The position numbers and the translations under genes were made by a program. The notes under the pieces were generated by a model. It saw nothing but the letters and a program-made list of their open reading frames with translations, was not told where the DNA came from and searched no databases. From IMG/VR virus record IMGVR_UViG_3300042905_004067: DNA of 64,000 bases; one strand, given 5' to 3'. The stretch comes from a virus. Numbering within the stretch: position 1 is the stretch's first letter; every line of letters begins with the position of its first letter. Shown here one piece after another: positions 47,414-55,992 of this stretch.

Positions 47414-48220
47414 TTATCCCATCATGAAGTTTATTGGTAGTTCGTATTCAAGTTGAACTTGTTGTTCTATTAGTTCGATTTCCTGCATTGCTTCTTGAAC
47501 AATTTCAGGACCACGAAGAGTTACACCACCCGGAAGTTGAACACCACCAAACTTAGACATATTCATGCCCCATTGTCTTTTTATGAGAGCAGTTAAATAT
47601 TTCTTTAGAAGTCGATCATTGTATATCTCAGTAAATTTGTCTGGGCTTAAATTAACATATGCTTCGATCATCAAATTAGAACCAGCAATTAATTCTTGTT
47701 GCCAATTCATTTCTATATGAAGTTTATTTGTGACTTTACTAAACCGAATTGTCTTCTCTGGTTGAAATAGATCTTGAATTAAATTAATATAACGTTTGGT
47801 GCTGTCATACTGACCAAGACCCATATTTCGACTCGACATCAGATTAGTATTAATACCGAAGTAATCTGTTAAAGCCATTTGATAACGAATATCAAACATT
47901 GAAATATTACTGAAGGGTCCAAATTGAAACACTTTTACTATGGATAAAATGTCTGCTCCGGTTGGACCATCTCCACCAAATCCATTTACAGGACCTAAAG
48001 CATCAGTATCAATATACTGATTGGTTATATCTTGTGCTGTAACTGGATATAGAAAGAATGCTTTTTCAACACCATCAAAGTGTCTCTCTGAGAAATACTG
48101 CAAAGCATCATCTAATCTATCCTCACACTGTTGCCAATCAACGTTGATATCCACAACTGGTGCGCCCAGTTGACGTAAACTATACTCAATTAAAGTTTGT
48201 CTTGAGTTTGGTGCAGCCAT
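47414..48220 (-). CDS. 13: Neck protein gp13
   Basis: LRQLGAPV..INV, HFDG, KRQWG.N..KF..VQLPGG. Confidence 0.95.
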   Translation of the reverse strand: MAAPNSRQTLIEYSLRQLGAPVVDINVDWQQCEDRLDDALQYFSERHFDGVEKAFFLYPVTAQDITNQYIDTDALGPVNGFGGDGPTGADILSIVKVFQFGPFSNISMFDIRYQMALTDYFGINTNLMSSRNMGLGQYDSTKRYINLIQDLFQPEKTIRFSKVTNKLHIEMNWQQELIAGSNLMIEAYVNLSPDKFTEIYNDRLLKKYLTALIKRQWGMNMSKFGGVQLPGGVTLRGPEIVQEAMQEIELIEQQVQLEYELPINFMMG

Positions 48221-48236
48221 AAATTCTCCTTAAAGG

Positions 48237-48244
48237 TATTTATG
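48237..48244 (-). promoter_or_regulatory. Late promoter-like motif (CATAAATA) before gp13
   Basis: Upstream of an AAGGAG SD. Confidence 0.65.
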
Positions 48245-48256
48245 GCTTTTACTTTA

Positions 48257-48847
48257 TTACTGCAAGGGTTCTGTGTTGAGTTGTTGCTGTTTTTGTTCAG
48301 CCATTTTTGCTTCGCGTTCTTCCATAGCCTTTTTCATTGCTTCGGGCATTTCTGGAAGAGTGACGGGCAATTTGTTTAAATCCTCAAACGAGATATTTTC
48401 AATGTAATATTTTCTCGTAATTGGAGAAATGGCTTCATCTGGTTTACTTGCTGAATAGTTTGTAAACCCAGGCATGGTAATTGGGCAGTTCAACTTTGGA
48501 TAATCCAATTTACTGTAATCATTACCATTTGCAACCAACCAAGTTCCTTGTCTATCACCGCATCCACAACCACCGCAGTAATATTGTCCTTGTGTCTTAC
48601 TTTCTTTGAGATGTTCGCATGGGGGCAAAACTCCACCCAAATGCTTGTCACCAAAGCAACTCAAAACACGAAGTTGTTTTGTCGCTTTGTTTATCTTTTT
48701 CTCATTTAGACCACGAGAAGTCAAAGACATGGCAAAACTTTGAATCATGCCTATTTTCTTTGAAATTACTGATTTCCCATCTGGGACTGCTACGCTACGA
48801 AACTCAATAGGATTTGGTTTATTAGAACAGGTATTTTCTTCACTCAT
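48257..48847 (-). CDS. Hypothetical Cys-cluster protein (possible metal-binding)
   Basis: SCFG...PCEHL...YCGGCGCGD...NCP. Confidence 0.6.
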   Translation of the reverse strand: MSEENTCSNKPNPIEFRSVAVPDGKSVISKKIGMIQSFAMSLTSRGLNEKKINKATKQLRVLSCFGDKHLGGVLPPCEHLKESKTQGQYYCGGCGCGDRQGTWLVANGNDYSKLDYPKLNCPITMPGFTNYSASKPDEAISPITRKYYIENISFEDLNKLPVTLPEMPEAMKKAMEEREAKMAEQKQQQLNTEPLQ

Positions 48848-48852
48848 AATAA

Positions 48853-51423
48853 TTACTCCAATTCAATTCTTCTTATTAGTCGAACATTTACTTTATCTGT
48901 TCGTGGTACTAAGTATATAGACCCGTAATCTACCTTCTTAAAACTTTGTCCGTACATAAAGGCTTTATCATTAAATATTTGATCATCTATGTTATAGGTT
49001 GTATCTGTATTTACTCTGAAGAATGGGGTAGAAGTTAAGTATACCGCACTATTCATGGATTTAAACACTTCTGGAATAAAGAAACCGTGATTGATTTTTA
49101 AATTAATAAATTCTAATTCATTTTTAGATGGAAGATACCAGCCAGAAAGACGAGAACGGTCTCTTAGGTTCTCCATTGCCTTTCCTTGTATACCGTAATA
49201 AACTTCATTATCACCATAAGTATTCCATAAACCATCATACAGAGATGCAGGAATTGTTTCTAATTGTTCTCTTTTTCCTTTTATGGCTTCTAATTCAAAA
49301 TCAAATGGTGCTACTATAATTGCCCATTTTTTGGCAGTTGTTCCATATCCAACAATACTTGGTTTGTAGTTTACTGCCGGTCCTGTGAATGGTCTTCCAT
49401 TTACAGTTGATCCTTCATAGTTTAGTGGAGAACCAGGCTCAAATATTCCAACATATAACCCATCTTGATAATATGTTAATTCTGAATCTGGTAGAGTATC
49501 CTGTACTTGAACCGATCTTAAAGGAGCATTTCTTTCGCAATTTGCGTCTGTACAATCATCACATGTTTCTAGACCCGGATTTTCAGAACAACATATACCT
49601 CCACTTCTGAATCTTCCATCTAGATTTTGACAATTACCTTGTGTAGTTTGTATGCAAGATCCTTGATCGACACATGTACAACAACTTCCGGGTATTTGAT
49701 TGTTGCATACATCAATATCTGGAACAACAGTTGCTTGACATGAGCCATTGACACAGGACAATGAAGTTACATCTGTTATTGAATATGCTGGTTGATTATT
49801 AAAATCATCAATAGATCCTAGTTTTTCAAATTTATTTTCAAAATCAACAGCAAAACAATAATCGTTTGATGGGTCTAAAGGACCAGCACCTTTTATATTA
49901 CTACAAGAAACTAATTTATATTTCTTAGAGCGCACATATGAATTTGGTATTTCATCGTTTAATGAAACACAAGTCATGATTCCATCTTGTTCTATCCCAC
50001 AGAATGTGTGAACACCGAAAGATGCATTTACATATTCTTTAGGTGGCAAACTTCTAATCATGTCTCGAATTTGTTGTAATTCACTAGATTCATCCATGAA
50101 TGGTGAATAATAATCAAATGTATTATCTAACTTTTGACCAGCAAAACCAATTGTTGAATAGTCTTTATCATAAAAATCAAATCCAATTGGAGCAGAATTA
50201 TGTTGATATAATTTTTTTAATTTTAGAGCAGGAGAATAAGTTTTGTATTGTTCTGTATCTGGGTTGTAAAATCTTCCTTGAATTTTTACATTTGGATTTG
50301 TGGTATTTGTTGATGCCCATGCACTAAATGTTCTTGTAGCAATTAAATCTAAAACTGCACCAAGCACATCCCCAACAGGAGATTCTGAAGAATTTTCGAA
50401 TCTAGAAAAAAATCCAGTAGATGCGTAAAATACACCAGTGTTATTTTCAGTTATACCACCAAAATAACCATCATAATATCTTCGTGGTTCTTCTATTTCA
50501 TTTGTATATGATAAACTTCCCGGGCACACTTTTTTAAGTTTAATGTCTCCGGATTTAGCCAAATTTAGTAAATTTGGTACTTCGTTTTCTGGCCAAAAAA
50601 AGCCAGGAAGTAAATAATTTTGCTCACCAGAGATGTTTTGTGTGTTTTGTATAGTTGCAACATAATGAGTAATTTTGTTTAAAAATTTTCCAGAAAAATA
50701 TTTATCATAAAAATCTTCTTTAGCAGAACATCTTTGTGTTGTGCCTGCTCCATACACCCAACAAAATAAATTTGTACCATTATCACATGAATTTAAAACA
50801 TTTAAATTAGTTTCATTCAATTGACATTCAAGAGAAACCGGAATTGTTCCGCCAACAGACTCATCGCACTTTCTTCCATTATTATAGAAAGTAGAAATAT
50901 ATGGAAATATTGTTTTTTCAGCACATTCTTTTTCGTTGCAAACGTCAGTACACTCCGAAGAAATTGTTCCATCATCTTGAACTTCTGGATGACAACATGC
51001 TTTTTTAGGTCTAAAATCAATAACATTGGATTGTTCTGGTGTTCCAGTTTTACACAGAGCATCTATTTGTGTTGGTGTTTGTGTAGAACTGCAATCATAA
51101 TTAAGAGTCCATAATCCACCAATAGATTCACATTCGCACAATGTTGTATTTTTGACATATGTAGAGGTATCTGGGGGAGTAAACAAAGAACATGCACAAC
51201 AACACCCAGTAGATGCCGGAGTAATTGTATTATTTGGATCACATGCTCCGGACATAAAATAACCATTTAACTGATTGCATTGAGATAATGTTGTATCTAC
51301 AAATTGACCTACAGTATTTGTATCAGCATCAAAAACATAACAACAACCAGTGACATTAGTAGTTTGAATATAACTGCTATAATCTACTATTGTTTGAGAT
51401 CTTGTTCTAAAGTTTATAGACAT
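48853..51423 (-). CDS. Cys-rich putative virion protein with C-terminal DUF1566/CLec-like domain
   Basis: GCC/ACC/GSCC repeats; GWYLPSKNEL...YLTST...VRLIRR. Confidence 0.6.
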   Translation of the reverse strand: MSINFRTRSQTIVDYSSYIQTTNVTGCCYVFDADTNTVGQFVDTTLSQCNQLNGYFMSGACDPNNTITPASTGCCCACSLFTPPDTSTYVKNTTLCECESIGGLWTLNYDCSSTQTPTQIDALCKTGTPEQSNVIDFRPKKACCHPEVQDDGTISSECTDVCNEKECAEKTIFPYISTFYNNGRKCDESVGGTIPVSLECQLNETNLNVLNSCDNGTNLFCWVYGAGTTQRCSAKEDFYDKYFSGKFLNKITHYVATIQNTQNISGEQNYLLPGFFWPENEVPNLLNLAKSGDIKLKKVCPGSLSYTNEIEEPRRYYDGYFGGITENNTGVFYASTGFFSRFENSSESPVGDVLGAVLDLIATRTFSAWASTNTTNPNVKIQGRFYNPDTEQYKTYSPALKLKKLYQHNSAPIGFDFYDKDYSTIGFAGQKLDNTFDYYSPFMDESSELQQIRDMIRSLPPKEYVNASFGVHTFCGIEQDGIMTCVSLNDEIPNSYVRSKKYKLVSCSNIKGAGPLDPSNDYCFAVDFENKFEKLGSIDDFNNQPAYSITDVTSLSCVNGSCQATVVPDIDVCNNQIPGSCCTCVDQGSCIQTTQGNCQNLDGRFRSGGICCSENPGLETCDDCTDANCERNAPLRSVQVQDTLPDSELTYYQDGLYVGIFEPGSPLNYEGSTVNGRPFTGPAVNYKPSIVGYGTTAKKWAIIVAPFDFELEAIKGKREQLETIPASLYDGLWNTYGDNEVYYGIQGKAMENLRDRSRLSGWYLPSKNELEFINLKINHGFFIPEVFKSMNSAVYLTSTPFFRVNTDTTYNIDDQIFNDKAFMYGQSFKKVDYGSIYLVPRTDKVNVRLIRRIELE

Positions 51424-51424
51424 A

Positions 51425-54400
51425 TTAACAACTCTCGTATAAATTGCATTCTGGACATATTATATGTACACATAGTCCTTCATCAAGTTTTACATATTTT
51501 GTTTTTTCACCAGTTTTTATTCTTGTTAATGGTTCAGTTTGACCAACTGTTGATGGTGAAACTATGTAAGCATTTATCCATTGTGCCTCAGTTGGTCCAT
51601 CCTCACATGATTCACTATTGCTACCACCGGAGCCACCACCGGAGCCGCTGCCGCCTCCGCGTCCTCCACTGATAACTGTACCACCACACTCATCCTCCGT
51701 CCATGTTCCATAGAATGAACAAGAGTCGAGGCATGCATCTACACAACAACATACATTCTTACAGTCACATAAAGCTTCAACACCAGCGCCACATGATTTT
51801 TGCCAATATGCACCTTGTATAAAAATAATAGGAACTGCGGTTCTTTCTGCTTGAGAAAGTGATTTTGCATTTGAACCATTTAAATGGGTTGTTTGTGATC
51901 TATTATAAAAAACAGAATATGTTCTATATGCTTCTAAATTATATCGAAGGTTTCTTCCTAAAATTCCCCTTGGTATGCCTCCATATAATTGATCGGTTGT
52001 GCCGTTCCCCGGTGATTGAAGCAATGACTCACAGAAATCATTCAGAGGATCTCCTGTCGTAGATGAGATGCCAGCAGCCCAGGCTGGGGGAAATGCATCT
52101 TGAGAAAAACCAATGTTGTCCCTAATTGGATCTTGATACTCTCCGTTTTCATCGGTATCAGTAGTACATTTTAATTTTCCTCCAGTACCAGGCACCTCAA
52201 ACCACAATTCTCCAGTTGAATAAAGAAAATCCCCATGAAGTAACGTTTGTTTTCTAGGATAAAATAAAGTAACACTGGTGCTCGATATGCCTTCACCATC
52301 AAATGTAGAGCATAGTGAGGTATACCCGTCTTCACACAATCTATTAATAGGATCACCATAAAATCCGTGTCTGTAGTAATTCACAAAAGTATTAACCCTA
52401 AATGTCCATAAAGGATCGCTTGTTCCTGCTTCTGGAATATCATTCGATCCTGGATTATTAAAATCAAAAATATCATTACAGTTGTTCAAAAAACCACAAT
52501 TGTCTGCTATTGAAGACCAATATGACCATTGTATTCCAGCGCCCTTATAACTTTTGCTATTACACAACATATATGGATCATATTGTAAATAACCTTCTTG
52601 AACACATCCCGCTCCAAATAGTTTTTTACCACGGAATGGGCTATCTATCCATTCTGTCCAAAAAAATTCTGGCGTTTGATCCTCGAATACATAATCACCA
52701 AGAAGTCTATTATAATAAGTATTTCTACTATTAAAATTCTGTATTTGTAATAACTCTAAAGGCGACGGATCTGGATTAGGAGAATTGACAGTGGCATTTA
52801 TGCTTTCTGGTACTCCCATAGACTCTTTAATTCCACGAACCATATTTTTAACAACTTTCAATTTACCAGACGCCGCTCCGTTTTCAATATCAATATAATC
52901 TGTATGCAACAAATCCATAAAATATTTTAATTCACCATTAAACGTTGCTAAACACATGTCAGTTATTGTTTTGTAATTTAACAAACGAAGATTGTGTGTA
53001 ACCCTAGCATGTCTGTTACTACCACAAACCCGTCTGTCAAATTTATAAGTTATTCTTCCCCACAGTGGAGGAAATGGTGCTAATATTCCATTTTCAATTT
53101 CTTCTTGATATGGTTCAAGCTTTTCAAATGTTGTTTGAAAATTTGATGGTGGTTGACTTAGATTAGTAAAACCGTACTCAATCGGAGGAATTGGATCACA
53201 TAGTTTGCAGTCTGTTTGTTGATCTGGTGTATAACCAAATCGCGTTAAACATCTTGCTCGTGTTATAGAAGGATTACTAGTTTTATTATATGATCCAACA
53301 TAATAACATTTAAATTTACCGCGAACTCCTAGTACATCAGCAGATGTTCTAGTATCAATCTTTAACTTATCTACTGGATAAGATGGACTATTAGTATTAT
53401 CTGGCCATTCTTCTATAAAGTATGGAATTTGAACTGGTGTAAATAGATCTGTTTCTGAATCTAATTGAATTTGTTTTACTCCAGTTTTAGTATTAATAGT
53501 AACATCATCGATTTGTTTACTGTTTAATTTATTTGCAATATTTTCATCTATTAATGCTACTGCTCTGTATGGTGCTTGAGATTGTTTAATAAATTTTTCT
53601 TTCCATACACTCTGATCAGCAACTAATTCTGCAACTCTTTTACTACCAATTGATTCTAAGTATTCTCCTAGAGTAGAAATACCAGCATCTATATCATCTG
53701 GTGTTGGATTGGTTATGGATAAATTATCCACACCAGGAACCAGGTCTGGTTGAATTCGCAACCATTGTCCAGGATCGTTTGGTGCAATATTTGGGTTACG
53801 GAATCTTCCGTCATATAGTCCTTGATATTTAATATAACCACCCATCATTCCACCATTTGGTTCTAGAACAATTGGACTCAATAATGAATCAGTGATACCA
53901 TTATTTTCAATATGAGCAAAGCACCAGAAACATGCAACAGTTTGTTCTTCCCCAGAACCACCACAATCATTAGAACAATCACATGAGTCGTTAGGATGTG
54001 TTTGTGGGCACGTTTGTGTTATTGGAACTTGAGTAGAAAGACATTGACATATTTCGTTAGTACATGGTTTAAAGCATGTTCTTAAATTACAGTCGTAATT
54101 GGTGCAATTTCCGTCATTAAATATTCCTTGGCCGGGAACTTGACCACACCCACCGCATAATTGTTTATCTATACACTGACCGTCTTGTTGGCATTTAGAG
54201 CATTCTACGGGACTGCAAAAACCAACACATTGTTCCTGAGTTGTAAAATAGTTACTACTACCAATCGTAGAATATTCCTCACAAGTTTCACCTGGTCTTA
54301 AATTAACAGAAACTTGCTGACAATTGCATTGATTATTTTCTGGAAGAGTATTGCATCTGTAACAAGTGGATGGGACGGTATTGCAGTCACATTTAGTTGT

Positions 54401-55981
54401 ATCACAGTTTGTATTTTTACCCATGTAAATACCATTTAGTGTGGTATTGCATTCATATGGTGTTTGTACCTCTTGACAAGAATATCCATCTTCTACTGGA
54501 ATACAGCAAGCACCCGGAGCAGATACTGAATCGCAGCATTTTGCTTCAGAGCAACTGTTAACATTTTTTACTGTTTTTCCACCAAGATATTTACAATATT
54601 CTTCTGTTAATTGCCCAAGGCACTCTCCATCTTTACAGCAATAAACTGATGTATCTTTGCAGTTATTATAGCATAGACCAGATTCAACAAGTACACTTCC
54701 ATCTGAATTATATGTTGTATAATTTTGTGCATCGTTGTCTGGAAAAATACCAACATCACCACATGTTATTCCTGAAATAAATTGACCATTAATTGCTTGA
54801 CAAAAACTTGGATCAATATCAGATATACATCTTCCTTCTGAACAGCAAACACCATCATAAGTTTTTTGTGCAGTATCAGTTATGCATTTATTTTTTGTAC
54901 AAGGAACCATAGGTTCAAATGTACCATCTCTCTCATCACAATACGTTTGAGTTACATAATCTTCACAGTGTTTTTCATCATCCACATCAAAATAGCAGCA
55001 TGATCCTCTTAAGCCTGGATTTATGGCTTCATTAACTCCAAACCCTCTTGCTGTAAAATGTGCTCTCCATTTATCATCTTGGTTAGTTCTCCACATGTGA
55101 AGAATATTCATGCCTGGATAGAATATGGGTTTGCTTGCCTCATCAAAAACCACATCTGATGGAAAATTCCAAACATCTTCACCATCAATAAACAATGTAA
55201 CAGACATTACTTGACCGTCTGGGATTGCATCGTATTTGAATCCCTTAATACCAATTGGAGTTATTAACTGATAAACTGTTGCCCTTGAAACATCTAAAGT
55301 AATTCCTTCTGGGCTGCCCTGGTCAAAGAAAGTATCTGTAGTGACAATTCTTTCTCCACGCTCTATTGGACCCAAGGTAAATAAAGTGTCTCGAATATCA
55401 GTTACTACATTTCTTCCGCTAGATTCTGTACCAAAATTAATATATCCATAATCATTATCACCAACTCTGATTGATGAATTTGCTCTTTGTGGAGCAAGAT
55501 CAGTAGACATTACATAGTTTCTTTGTTTAAAATAAACTATTCTATTGTTTTCTGTAGAAGCAGATATACCTCCACCAATATTTTGATCTAAGATAGTAAA
55601 CTTTAGATTGTCAAAAGACGAATAAGTGACACCCAAAATACCGCCAGATCTAAAGTTATAAAATTCTAAAGTTATTCCACCACATACGCCTTTTAGAACT
55701 GGGATTCCTGTTCCAATTGTTGTTGCAGTAATTCCCGCATAAATTCCAGTAGCACCTTTAAAAATGCCAGGAGAAACAACTGTTCCATCAGATAAAGTAA
55801 ACTCCACTTGTCCGGTTGGAGTTACATTTACTAAAGTAATGTAATTTGAATTTATTCCAGTTGATCCAGTGGGACCGGGAACTGTTTGGTTTGCTCCTGT
55901 GGGTCCGGTTGGACCAATAGATCCTGCTGCACCTAAACCAGTACTTGGAAATATAGAACTATGACCAATATTATTTGACAT
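51425..55981 (-). CDS. Large Cys-rich putative tail/fibre protein (1518 aa)
   Basis: N-terminal GPT collagen-like triplets, multiple G(S/V/A)CC repeats, Cys-rich C-terminus. Confidence 0.6.
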   Translation of the reverse strand: MSNNIGHSSIFPSTGLGAAGSIGPTGPTGANQTVPGPTGSTGINSNYITLVNVTPTGQVEFTLSDGTVVSPGIFKGATGIYAGITATTIGTGIPVLKGVCGGITLEFYNFRSGGILGVTYSSFDNLKFTILDQNIGGGISASTENNRIVYFKQRNYVMSTDLAPQRANSSIRVGDNDYGYINFGTESSGRNVVTDIRDTLFTLGPIERGERIVTTDTFFDQGSPEGITLDVSRATVYQLITPIGIKGFKYDAIPDGQVMSVTLFIDGEDVWNFPSDVVFDEASKPIFYPGMNILHMWRTNQDDKWRAHFTARGFGVNEAINPGLRGSCCYFDVDDEKHCEDYVTQTYCDERDGTFEPMVPCTKNKCITDTAQKTYDGVCCSEGRCISDIDPSFCQAINGQFISGITCGDVGIFPDNDAQNYTTYNSDGSVLVESGLCYNNCKDTSVYCCKDGECLGQLTEEYCKYLGGKTVKNVNSCSEAKCCDSVSAPGACCIPVEDGYSCQEVQTPYECNTTLNGIYMGKNTNCDTTKCDCNTVPSTCYRCNTLPENNQCNCQQVSVNLRPGETCEEYSTIGSSNYFTTQEQCVGFCSPVECSKCQQDGQCIDKQLCGGCGQVPGQGIFNDGNCTNYDCNLRTCFKPCTNEICQCLSTQVPITQTCPQTHPNDSCDCSNDCGGSGEEQTVACFWCFAHIENNGITDSLLSPIVLEPNGGMMGGYIKYQGLYDGRFRNPNIAPNDPGQWLRIQPDLVPGVDNLSITNPTPDDIDAGISTLGEYLESIGSKRVAELVADQSVWKEKFIKQSQAPYRAVALIDENIANKLNSKQIDDVTINTKTGVKQIQLDSETDLFTPVQIPYFIEEWPDNTNSPSYPVDKLKIDTRTSADVLGVRGKFKCYYVGSYNKTSNPSITRARCLTRFGYTPDQQTDCKLCDPIPPIEYGFTNLSQPPSNFQTTFEKLEPYQEEIENGILAPFPPLWGRITYKFDRRVCGSNRHARVTHNLRLLNYKTITDMCLATFNGELKYFMDLLHTDYIDIENGAASGKLKVVKNMVRGIKESMGVPESINATVNSPNPDPSPLELLQIQNFNSRNTYYNRLLGDYVFEDQTPEFFWTEWIDSPFRGKKLFGAGCVQEGYLQYDPYMLCNSKSYKGAGIQWSYWSSIADNCGFLNNCNDIFDFNNPGSNDIPEAGTSDPLWTFRVNTFVNYYRHGFYGDPINRLCEDGYTSLCSTFDGEGISSTSVTLFYPRKQTLLHGDFLYSTGELWFEVPGTGGKLKCTTDTDENGEYQDPIRDNIGFSQDAFPPAWAAGISSTTGDPLNDFCESLLQSPGNGTTDQLYGGIPRGILGRNLRYNLEAYRTYSVFYNRSQTTHLNGSNAKSLSQAERTAVPIIFIQGAYWQKSCGAGVEALCDCKNVCCCVDACLDSCSFYGTWTEDECGGTVISGGRGGGSGSGGGSGGSNSESCEDGPTEAQWINAYIVSPSTVGQTEPLTRIKTGEKTKYVKLDEGLCVHIICPECNLYESC

Positions 55982-55992
55982 TATTTACTTTC

